64,000 nucleotides of DNA from Psammoneis japonica (Eukaryota), in the NCBI GenBank assembly GCA_008632985.1, contig QPGO01000187.1, positions 62,001 through 126,000 on the forward strand, given 5' to 3'. This document shows positions 52,002 to 62,534 of this stretch, piece by piece. The notes under the pieces are model-generated. The model did not search any database. It was not told the origin of the DNA and saw only the letters and a list, made by a program, of their open reading frames with translations. Numbering within the stretch: position 1 is the first letter of the stretch; every line of letters starts with the position of its first letter. The position numbers and the translations under genes were made by a program.

Positions 52002-53563
52002 GCTGTCACAACCAATGTCACCAAATCCCATCACAACCGGGCCGTTGCATGGAACAAAAATGTGTTCGGTCAGAATGGTTGCACCATGCGCAATCTGAAA
52101 GGATTTGACAGCATCTTGTGCATGTGGACAAGGTTGACAATGATCGTTGTTTGGATCTTGGCTCAGTTCCGCCGGGTCCCCTTGCCCACATGTGCTCGCA
52201 ATTGTTGGAAATTCATTGTTTGTAAATGGCTTGTGGCAATCTGCACAAGAAACTCTTGATGTGATTGAACAAAAGTCTCATTGGAAGGTGCCCCCTCTTG
52301 GTGGTTGCAATCATTTCCACCAAGAGAGACAATCACAAGGTGTGGTTGCCACTCCTCAAAGTTCCAAAAAGGCAGTGTCTTGGTCTGAAGGGTTCGGTTG
52401 CAATGACCCTGCATTGTTTTTTTGCCAAGCGCCACTGGCAAATTCGCAAATGCACTCTGCATCAGTCCAATGCCTAAAATGGCTTGGACGCTCACCTCAG
52501 CATTCAAACGTTTTCCCAAGATGCCAGGACATGCAGAGTTGCAATTGTTGCATTTCCAGGGTTGAGCAAGATGGCTGCATGTTTGCGGAGTGCCATCCAC
52601 ACAAAAGCCTGCCACATCACTGGCACCAACAAAACCAGCCCAGCATGCTGGCAGTGTTGGTGGAGTTGAAAGAGTTGCAACAGCGTCATCCATTTCCACT
52701 CCATGGAATTCAAGCACCGGCATGGCTGACTTGCCCAAACCGTTGCCACAGGGTGCACCGCTTTTGTGTCAGCAATTTTGTCAGCGCCGACGCGTTCCAG
52801 GTCTGGGTGGGACCTCGCACTGCTGAGCTGTGACGTCGACAGTTTTTTTAATCACGTTTGCATGTCGCACACACAGATTTCTGCTTGATTTTTTCGACAT
52901 TTTGTGTCATTTTACGGTGCAGTCATTGAGCGATCCGTCCAAAAACTTTTGACATTTTTTGTCACAGCGCGATTCTGTGACGTCTTGAGAATCGCGCAGG
53001 GCAGGCGCACTTGCAAAAACGTCGAGTGGTGAGAGGCACAATTGTGCCACAAACTTGGCCATCTGTTTGATGTTGAAAACAAACACATCCATCAATTAAA
53101 TTCTCGCACTGCGGAGCTCGCACGTAGAATTCTACGGGCCCAATGTCACAAGGAGTCCCACCTGGGGCTGGAGCACGTCCGCCAATGCCGCGGTGTGCAC
53201 CCTGGTGCCTTCAATTTGAGTGCCATGTTTGTCCTTCTCTGGCTGAAACAAATTTCCTTTCAGAATTGTTGTTTGCTCCAGTTTGCTGGTGACTGTGTTG
53301 GCTGCGACTGCATTGAGCCCGCACCCGATGAATTTTTGCTCGGAGGGCAAGGATGCCATCTCTTCTGCAGTCATGTTTGTGTTGAAGTGCACTCTGCTGC
53401 ATGGCCAGTCCAACCTGACAACACCATTGTCCTCAAGCTGTTGCCAGTGACCTGCAAAACTGAAGTTCTCTGCATTGTTTGCAGGACAAAAGGTTCCTTC
53501 AACAACAGCAGCGCTCAAGGCAACAACAAGACTTGCAACAGCACAAACAGTTGAAATCCTCAC
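51915..53563 (-). pseudogene. Full-length hypermutated copy of the SGNH esterase gene, interrupted by a MITE
   Basis: Colinear with 55232-56464, and its 3' flank (~51430-51650) matches ~55020-55230. ATG has become GTG and Tyr has become Cys/His throughout (GNDY to GNDC, WKYNN to WKCNN). Confidence 0.93.
52789..53179. mobile_element. 391-bp MITE
   Basis: Absent from the intact paralog. Imperfect ~25-bp TIR GACGYGYTCCAG..GGTGGGAC and 4-bp TSD CGCC (52785-52788 / 53180-53183). Confidence 0.85.
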
Positions 53564-53919
53564 AGCAACACGACGGCTGTAGCTTGAAAAGCAACAAGGT
53601 TGGTGCTGTCTGTTGGCAGTGACACCATAACCATGGGATGGTTTTTGTTCGATGTGCACAACTTTCGAACTTCAAAACTGCGACGGGCGTCGGGACGGCT
53701 GGGGGACGGACGTCAGTCCACGGGGATTGTCTTGTCAGTGTCTCGGGTGTGTGTTGGTCTTGATTCTGTGCCTCATTGCAGGCGTTGTCTGCCTTGCGGC
53801 TTGCGGCGCACAGAAGTTTTCAGTTTTTCGATAGCTACAGTAGCTAAGCATCTAGCATTGCATCAAGAATCAAGAAGAGTGGAAACAGATTGACGATTAT
53901 AAAACCATCATCATACACC

Positions 53920-54713
53920 ATGCCGACCTGCTACCGTTGTCAAGAAGAGCTTGGTTCGGCGGACTTTACTGCCTTTGAACTTAACAAAGTGGGAAAACGG
54001 TTGTGCAGAGGCTGCGTTGCGGAAAAGAGACCAGCACCCGCGGCTTGTCCGTGCAACAACCCGTTTTGTATCCACAAGGCAAACAAACCGAATGGTGAAC
54101 CGTGCTATCACTGTTACAACCATCAAGGCAACAAAAGTAAATTCATGTCCTACTCAATGTCAATGTCAAAATTGAACGAGGCTTGTGGCGAATTAGTTGG
54201 AACAAGCACCCAACTAAGCCCGCCGTAGATGCCGTGAATGCTTGTAAGGATCAAATTCCGATTACAAAAGATTTTGCGTGCTTTCTTTTTTCCACGGCGG
54301 TTGACGCCCTGGTGGACGGTGACCCCCAGTTGCCTCCGGAGAGGGCTCCGTTGTTGACGCAGTATGCGTTGGTGATTGAAAAACTTGCGGAAGAAGAGAC
54401 GGGCAGTCAGCCGAAGTTTTCCTCTGAAACGGACGCCTTGAAATATCGCTACAGAGAGGTTGCTCGCATTGACTGCGGCGATGATGTGGTTCCGTTTCTC
54501 GCTCGCCGCATCGATTGCCATTGCTTGGATGGGCGCAAGGCGTATTGTCCGGGCTGTCAAAAGGTGGTTTCTGCAAGAGTCATGAAAAAGTGCTCCGCCT
54601 GCAAAATCGCCCAATTTTGTTCCAAAGAATGCCAACGTGCTGCATGGAAGAGAAATCACAAGGTCGAGTGTAAAAAAATCAAGGGATTGGTGGATGCTGG
54701 CTTCTTGACTTGA
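53920..54713 (+). CDS. MYND zinc-finger protein with N-terminal CxxC..CxxC finger; 1-nt frameshift near 54200
   Basis: CPGC..KKCSACKIAQFCSKECQRAAWKRNHKVEC, preceded by FLARRIDCHCLD. Confidence 0.8.
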
Positions 54714-55231
54714 TCCGACTTTTGTTGGCGGAAAATCGCAGCACGTTCACACCATTCCAAAATATGCCAGTGCGTAACGAAACGTCAGTGTATTGCACAT
54801 TAGACATTGTCTATTATAACAGCTAAAACCTGTAAACTATCCAATACGACGTGTGTTGAACCTACTCACGGCAAGAGTGACTCTGTTGCGCACGACGCTG
54901 TCTTATGTCTTTCACCAAAGATTCTTATGGCAAAATAAGCGGTTGACGCTTTGCGACTTAGCTGACACTTAGGAGCCCAAAGCGATTGAAAAGTCACATC
55001 TGTGTAGCTACAGCTCATAATCTCGAGACTACACCGGTGCAGAAGAGAGAGGAAAGTTCTCATCACACAAGAGCTCACTAAGTCTGAAGGAAGAAGCTGA
55101 AATAATACGTCGCCCTTTGCAGCAAGTTAACTTCCGATAATGCCAAAATGCTGCCGTGGCACTACATGGGTAGGCTACGACAGTCATCGCAACACCTCCG
55201 CTCGTTGATGTAGCCATCGGCTCTGTCGAAC

Positions 55232-56464
55232 TTATTGGCTGTTGGGCCAGCCCATGATTTCACGAAGCTTTGGTTCCAAAAAGTCAGCCACCCGCTCTTG
55301 ACCAAGCCGGTTCTTGTGGCCGTCACAACCAATATCACCATCTCCCGACACAACCGTGCCGTCGCATGGAACAAAAATGTATTCGGTCGGAATGGTTGCA
55401 CCATGCATAGTCTGAAAGGATTCGACCGCGTATTGTATGTACGGACAAGGCCGACAACGATCATTGTTTGGATCTCGGCTCAGTTCCGTCGGGTCCCCTT
55501 GCCCACATATACTCACAATTGTTGGAATTTCATCGTTTGTATATGGTTCGGCAATCTGTAAAAGAAACTTTTGATATGCTTGAACAAAAGTCTCGTTGGA
55601 AGGTACCTCCTCTTGGTGGTTATAATCATTTCCACCAAGAGAAACAATCACAAGGTGTGGTCGCCACTCTTCAAAGTCCCAAAAAGGCAGCGTCTCTGTC
55701 TGAAGGGTTCGGTTGTAATAATCCTGTATTGTTTTTTCACCAAGCGCCACTGGCAAATTCGCAAACGCATTCTGCGTCAGTCCAATGCCTGATATGGCTT
55801 GGACGCTCACCTCGGCATTCAAACGTTTTCCCAAGACGCCAGGATATGCAGAGTCGCAATTGTTGTATTTCCAGGGTCGAACGAGATGGTCACATGCTTG
55901 CGGAGTACCATCCACACAAAAGCCTGCCGTATCACTGGCACCAATAAAACCAATCCGGTGTACCGGCAGTTTTGGTGGAAGCGAAAGAGTCGCGACATCG
56001 TCATCCATTTCTACTCCATAGAATTCAAGCACCGACGTGGCTGACTTGCCCAAACCATTGCCATAGGGTGCCGCTTGTGTCAATTTTGTCAGTGTGACGG
56101 TGTGCATTCCGGTGCCTTCAATTCGAATGCCGTATTTATCCTTCTCTGGCCGAAACGAATTACCTTTCAGAATCGTTGTTTGCTCCAGTTCGCCGGTGAC
56201 TGCGTTGGTGACGACTGCGTTGAGCCGCACCCGATGAAGTTTTACTCGGAGGGTAATGACGCCATCTTCTGCAGTCATGTTTATGTTGAATTGCACTCTG
56301 CTGCACGGCCAGTCCGACCTGACAACACCATCATCCTCAAGCTGTTGCCACCGGCCTGCAAAACTGAAATTCTCTATGTTGTTTGCAGGATAAAAGGTTC
56401 CTTCAACAGCAGCACTCAGGGCAACAACAAGACTTGTAACAGCACACACAGTTGAAATCCTCAT
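55232..56464 (-). CDS. Secreted SGNH/GDSL hydrolase, carbohydrate esterase CE2-like (410 aa)
   Basis: Signal peptide MRISTVCAVTSLVVALSAA, N-terminal FAGRW..DWP domain, and blocks IGFIGASDTAG, AISGIG, SLGGNDY, GCDGH. Confidence 0.88.
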   Translation of the reverse strand: MRISTVCAVTSLVVALSAAVEGTFYPANNIENFSFAGRWQQLEDDGVVRSDWPCSRVQFNINMTAEDGVITLRVKLHRVRLNAVVTNAVTGELEQTTILKGNSFRPEKDKYGIRIEGTGMHTVTLTKLTQAAPYGNGLGKSATSVLEFYGVEMDDDVATLSLPPKLPVHRIGFIGASDTAGFCVDGTPQACDHLVRPWKYNNCDSAYPGVLGKRLNAEVSVQAISGIGLTQNAFANLPVALGEKTIQDYYNRTLQTETLPFWDFEEWRPHLVIVSLGGNDYNHQEEVPSNETFVQAYQKFLLQIAEPYTNDEIPTIVSICGQGDPTELSRDPNNDRCRPCPYIQYAVESFQTMHGATIPTEYIFVPCDGTVVSGDGDIGCDGHKNRLGQERVADFLEPKLREIMGWPNSQ

Positions 56465-56752
56465 AGTAACACAACGACTAGTTCCTATCTTGAAGAGCAG
56501 AAATGTTGGCGGTGTATGTCTGTTGGTAACATCATGAGGATGGTTTGTGCGATGCACGCAACAACACAGCACCGTCCGCGAATTTTTATGAGTTATGTAT
56601 ATTTATATGAACACAACGGAAATTTTTGTCAATGGTGTTATGTAGTTTTTAACGGTTATCCGTTAAATTTAGTCTTGTTTGGCGAAGAACATAATACTGT
56701 TTATGCATTATTTATTCATGTGCCTTTCTATGTTTTGAGTCGTGAGGGCTGT

Positions 56753-56783
56753 TGATGACTTATGATGACTTATGATTACTTAT
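56753..56783. repeat. 10-bp minisatellite (TGATGACTTA)n, left part; continues at 62170-62262
   Basis: The same unit lies on both sides of the Gypsy element. Right-hand units mostly read TGATGACTTG or TGATGACTTT. Confidence 0.9.
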
Positions 56784-56945
56784 TGCAAGGTCTAACGAGA
56801 TAAAGACTTCAGTGATAACAAAATTGTGAGCGAAAGACCGAGGTAACGAGGGTCGCTTTCAGCGAAGCCCGTTACAACGGCTTCCGTTATATCTAATAGG
56901 TTCATTAATACTATATATCAGAAAAATAAGGTGCGAGACACTGCA
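56784..56945 (-). repeat. 3' LTR (TpA retained)
   Basis: 149/162 identical to 62008-62169 by hand alignment; adjoins the PPT. Confidence 0.95.
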
Positions 56946-56959
56946 CTCTTCCCTTCCAT

Positions 56960-58182
56960 GATTCGAGTGTCGAGAATCATGCGGGACTCAAAAAATTTAA
57001 ATTCCAATGGATGAGGATAGAAGGGAAACCCAAATGTTGGGGAGAAAACCCTTAACCTCAGGTATGATACGGTACGACGCGATGTATATTCAATCGTTCT
57101 GTCACATGAGGTGTACGTTGGACCGTAAGTGTGCCGTTGGCGTGTGCTTGAACGACAGGACATGGACCGTGAGCTCGTGGCTCGAGCTTGGTTGGGTCGA
57201 CAGCCTTGAGTAGAACTTGTCCGCCAACTTGAAAATCGTAGGATCAGCGTTTAGCGTTGGCTCGATGGAGATTCGCATTAACAATTGTTTGTCGGTGTTC
57301 TTGAATGGCAGCAAGATCGGCTGGGACCGGCAAGTCAAGAATCATGTCATGTTGAAAAACCACAGCACCGGGTGAAATCTTGAGAGCACGAGAAACCGCA
57401 CATCGCATTGCATGCATGGCAGTTGCCAATGCATTGTCCACTAGTTGATTGGCCTGCTCAACATTCTGTGGAGGACAAACATGAAGCAAAGTGCGCAAGA
57501 TGTTTCCAACAGTTTGATGCATGCGCTCGCGTGCCGCACTGGCTTGTGGATTTCGCGACGCAGTCGGAGCGTCTTCTACTCCTGCTCGTTGCAATGACAA
57601 TTGAAAGTCCTCTCCAATGAATTCTCCACCATTGTCATGGATGCACCGGTTGGGATGAGGATGACGAGACAACCAACAATTTTCAAATTGTTGAGCAATG
57701 TGAGACGAGGTTTTGTTGTCGATGCGAACAAGTTCAGTCACATTCGAAACGGCGTCAATACAAGTCAAAGCGTTGAATTCGATTTCATGGTTTTGAATTT
57801 CAATTTTCCAGGGACCGATGAGGTCAACCGCAACTTCCGTCCATGGTGATAAAGGCGCTTCCCGTTCAGGCAGGTCCCCATGTCCAGGGCCCAAAGTTTT
57901 CAAACGTTGACAATCAGCACAATGAAATCCTTCACAGGATTGACGAAGGGCAGGATGACAGAAATGTGCGCCAACAGTGGAATGCATTCGGTGCACTCCT
58001 GCATGTCCCAAAATCCCATGACACCATCGTATGATGTCGTGCAGCAACGCCGTTGGAACACAAATTTTCCACGCAGTCGGAGGATCATTCGGTCGAGCAC
58101 GACAACAAATTACAGGACGCTGATTCACATGTTCCACAACGAAGCGTTCTGGACATTGTTGTCGCACATTGTTCAGCTCCAC
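56960..58182 (-). pseudogene. Gypsy integrase
   Basis: H-x4-H..CADC zinc finger, VAVDLIGP, HDNGGEF and NPQASAARERMH. Confidence 0.9.
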
Positions 58183-58206
58183 GTCGACGAATTGGCATTC
58201 TTGAAT

Positions 58207-60540
58207 TCATTGCACAGTTGCAGGGTTTTGCATTTCCTCGAGAGAAGGACAGTTCAAAAATGATTCACACAATTCGGGGTCGTCCACGACAGAAGAATAA
58301 AATGGAGATGGTTCTTCACGACGACAGGAAAAATGAGACACACTGTTTTGGTCGTCCAGTTCTTCTTCATGCGGTGGCACAGCAGGGTCGATCGTCTTAA
58401 AATCAATCAGCTTGCCCTTGTCAGGAGCACACTTCCCTTCCGCAGGAGGGTCCACACGCGGCAATCTTGAAAAACAATCCGCCAAGAGACCATCTTTGCC
58501 ATCAACGCATTCGAAAGTTGGGGCAAAATCTTCCAAGAAGAGTCGCCACCTAAGAACTCGTTGAGAATTGAGCGCACGAAAGGTGAGATTTTTATGATCC
58601 GTAAAAACAGCACAGTCAGCTCCAAATGACATGCTTCGAAATTCTTTGAAACACATTGCCACCGCCAACAATTCTTTTTCAATCGTAGAGCAGTTCTGTT
58701 GTGCTGCGCTGAGTTTCCGGGACCAGTGAGCCACTGGTTTCCCGTCTTGCATAATTGCGGCTCCCATCTGACAGTCCGAAGAGTCAGCACAAATGTGGAA
58801 TGGTTTGTTGTGATCCGGGTGGACCCAAAGGGTGTCGTCCAGCATCAAGGTTTTCACATCTTCAAAGGCTCGTTGACATTCAGGGGTCCATTCCAACTTG
58901 CTCTTGCCTGTCAACTTTGTGAGTGGAGCGAGCACGTGTGAGCGACGAGGCCACATGTTGCGACAATAAGTTGCTGCACCGACAAACGATCGCAGTTGCG
59001 TCACAGTTTTAGGTGGTTGCATTCGTAGCACCGCTTCCACTTTCTTCTTCCACGGTCGGACTCCTGCAGGCATGAGCCAATGGCCTAAAAAATCCGTCTC
59101 TTGGACACACCATTCGCACTTGAGTGGGTTAATTTTCAGATTGTTCTCTTCTAGTCTGGATGACAGCTCATCGAGTCGACGCATGTGAGCATCAAACGAA
59201 TCATCAAATTGAGCAATGTCATCGATGTAAGTTTCAACATCGACTCCTTTTGCCACTTTTTCAATGATGGCTTGAGCAATGTCGGGAGAGGTTTTCAAAC
59301 CCATGGCCAATCGACAACATCGAAATTTTCCAAACGGAGTAACAACAGCACACAAATCCTTGGATTCTTCGTCAAGCTCGATGTGACAATAAAACACAGT
59401 GAGGTCCAACTTGGTCAAGTGCTTGCATCCCGAGCGTCGGTGAATAACGTCTTGAATGATCGGCAGAGGACAGACCTTTCGCTTGAGCACCTTGTTCAAC
59501 TCACGAAAATCGGATGCCCATTGAACTCGTCCATCCTTTTTGGGAGTTGCAAAAGTTCCGGCTGCCCATTCAGTTGGTCCCACTGGTTCCAGTGCGCCAA
59601 CATTACATGGATGTTGCAGTTCTTTCTTAAAAACGGCTTCATCCCTCTTGGACACTTCACAAGCCTTAGAATGGAAGGGAACAGCATTGGGATCAACTTC
59701 CAAGTGAACAGTCTCATGCGGACATTTGCCAAGCATTCCATCAAAGAGGGTTTCATGCTTTTCAAGCACTGCCTGTAGCTCATCACGTTGTTCTTGAGTT
59801 AAGTGAGTTTGAGCTTGCGCCACTTTCGCGGATGATGCTTTCTCGCACTTGGCGTCCATCACAAAAGATTGTCCGAAGGCTTCCTCATCGTCTTCGTCTT
59901 CTCCGTCGTTTTCCAGTGCATCCAACCAATTCTGAACTGAGTTCCAATGATTGGATTGCTTCATTGGGATCGACGTTTCCAACCACTTTGTTGTTCCAAA
60001 TCGAAAATCAAGCACGATTCCGGCTTTCGACAAAAAGTCTTGTCCCAAAATTAAATCATGCTTGCATGGGGCATCAAAAACTTGAGCCGCAATGCTGTCG
60101 ACTTGTTTTGACTTGTCAAATTCTGGCAATGTCAAGTCCTTCATAATGACGCATCGGGAGGATTCACATCGTCCGGCTGCCGTCTGAAAGCTCAACCGTC
60201 CTTCATCGTTCATGGTTGGATTCGCTCCCTTCGGCAAAACTCGAGAATGAACAAGAGTGTCAGCACCTCCTGAATCCAATGGCACTCGCAACACTCGCTC
60301 ACTCTCTTGATTTTGAATGGCACGCACCGCCATCAACGTCGTTGGCACCACATTCAATGGTTTGGGAGTCGCAGTTTTAGGGGTTGGCTCAGCGCACTCC
60401 AAAACGCCGCCCAATTTTTCTTCATTCACAGCATGAGATTCCATCAGGTCTCCCACATTGTCATCAACATTAAAACATGTGTTTTCTTCACGATCACACG
60501 AAACATAAAAAGATTGAGCGACACGCTCTGACTCGGGCAC
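58207..60540 (-). pseudogene. Gypsy pol: aspartic protease, RT, RNase H
   Basis: LDSG, DFRELN, TPFGKF..MGL, YIDD, FLGH, ADSSD, SRKL..EKELLA and FTDHKNL. Confidence 0.95.
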
Positions 60541-60552
60541 TTCCGTCCCTTG

Positions 60553-61774
60553 TCAATTACGCCAACTTCGTTGGCCTTGATGGGTGCGACCGTTCTGATC
60601 GCATCCATTTCCGCCTCGCATCTCACGAGGCCCTCCTTGATCAAAATGGTGCGACTCCATTTGCCAGCCACCAGGGGGAGCTGCTCCAGCCGGATTTCCA
60701 CAGCCTTGGGCATCACCGTTGGCTTGGGTGCCGTTTTGATTTTGGCAATAGGATCCATTCCCTTGAGAATTCTGGGAGTCATTGTAATTGCCGTAACCTC
60801 GGCCTCCACATCCTCCTTGATTGCCATGACTGCCACGTCCTCGACCTTGGAAGTTGCCACGACCTCCTCGACCTTGGGGTCCTCTGCCTTGGCAGTTTCC
60901 TCGGCCTCCACCACGACCTCCGCTACGACCGCCACGGTCGGACCTCGGTCGATGGTTTTGGCTTTCTGGATTCAAAATGCAATCCTTCCACTTGTGGTCA
61001 TGATTCGCATGCACCGGGCATCTAGATTCTGGATCCGTTCCACCACTGTTGCCACGAGAGCGTCTTGAAGCTTGAGACGAAGCACCATTGCTTTTCCTCT
61101 TCTTGTCCTGCTTCTTGTTGCTGCTCTTGTCAGCAAAAGATTTCTCATTGTTCGTGTGACTGATGATCTCAGCGAGAGCATCGTTTGCTGTCGCTCGTCC
61201 TGCTCGAGTGCACATCTCACGCCACGGACGAGGGAAGCTGTCGAATGTCATCTTTTTCTTCTGAGCTTCGTTGACTTGAGGAGCATTTCCCGGAAGTTTG
61301 TTGGAGTGCCGAATCAAGGTTTCCATGCGATCTGCATGCGCCCGCACTTCAGATTTGAATGGTTTTTTCAAAGTTGGCAAATGTTCAATCATCACATCAT
61401 GCGCTTCATCATCACAATAAGACAAGTAAAAACGATTGATTTCCTGATCAAAACGCTCGACAGTTTTATCGGCATCGTCAATTGCATTGGTCAAGTTCAC
61501 CCACTTGTCCTCTGCAGCATCCGCAAGCACTTCCTCGAAATTTTCGAACAACTCCTCGCCAGTGGTGCACTCCAATTTCACAGCAATTTTACGAAAACGA
61601 TCCTCAACGAACAACAATGCTTCAATGCCATGAGTGCCATCAAAACGCGGACACTTTTTTGTACGAGTGCTACCGTCATCATACGATTGGGTCAATTTCA
61701 CGTCCTCCAAGTCAGAATGCTCAAATTTAGCTTCACAGCCAATGCAAGGCTCCTTCAACGATTCACTCATCATG
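60553..61774 (-). pseudogene. Gypsy gag
   Basis: Open frame upstream of pol with CPVH..HKWKDC knuckle and RGG-rich tail. Confidence 0.85.
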
Positions 61775-62007
61775 AAAAAGGGAATGCAATTGTTCAACAG
61801 TCCTTTCCAGGGACTCCACCTTTGACTCCAAATGATGCACTCGGCTCGCCAAATTCTGTTCGTGTCGTTTACGTTGTTGCACTTGTTTCTGGTGCTCAAC
61901 AGCCCAAACTGCTGCTCCTGCGCGCAGTTCTCTTTTCTCACGTTTGGTCAATTTGTTTGCATTGTTCCCAGTCTCCACCCAGTTCTTTGAATCGACTGTA
62001 ATTACAG

Positions 62008-62169
62008 TGCAAGGTCTAACGAGATAAAGACTTCAGTGACAACAAAATTGTGAGTGAAAGACCAAGGCAACGAGGGTCGCTTTCAGCGAAGCCCGTTACA
62101 ACGGCTTCCGTTGTGTCTAATGGGTTCATTGGCACTACATGTCAGAAAAACAAGGTGCGAGACACTGCA
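62008..62169 (-). repeat. 5' LTR (TpA converted)
   Basis: Direct repeat of 56784-56945. Confidence 0.95.
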
Positions 62170-62534
62170 CTTGTGATGACTTATGATGACTTGGGATTGC
62201 TTGTGATGACTTGTGATGACTTTTGATGACTTTTGATGACTTGTGATGACTTGTGATGACTTCACTTAGGAAGTCGAGTGTGCGGTTCCCGTGCGAAGGA
62301 CAGCCAGCTGTCTGTCTGTGCAAAAATGTCATCAACACGAGAAGACGGAAAGGACGCGTTGATGTTGACTGGCATCAACTATGGCGTTCAAAACAACAAT
62401 CAGCAAAGCCATGAAAGTAAAACCATGATTACCACAATGAAGAATTCAACTACTTTAGGTGCTGCAAATGTGAGCGTGCGGCCAGAAGCACGCGCAATTG
62501 GGCAGTCTGAGGCATCGTCAACACAAGTTGCGAG

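Larger units (their letters stand above)
56784..62169 (-). mobile_element. Full-length Ty3/Gypsy LTR retrotransposon (5386 bp), hypermutated
   Basis: 162-bp TG..CA LTRs, 5-bp TSD CTTAT/CTTGT, PPT GGAAGGGAAGAG (56946-56957, minus strand) and gag-PR-RT-RH-IN order. Confidence 0.97.

Noticed and set aside
57244..61774. Alternative genetic code (Cys/His codons read as Tyr)
   Set aside because: Neighbouring intact genes use TAY for Tyr normally, and the same changes occur in non-coding LTR and TSD sequence.
56753..62262. 10-bp and ~130-bp tandem repeats as a CRISPR array
   Set aside because: No unique spacers, no cas genes, and the context is eukaryotic.
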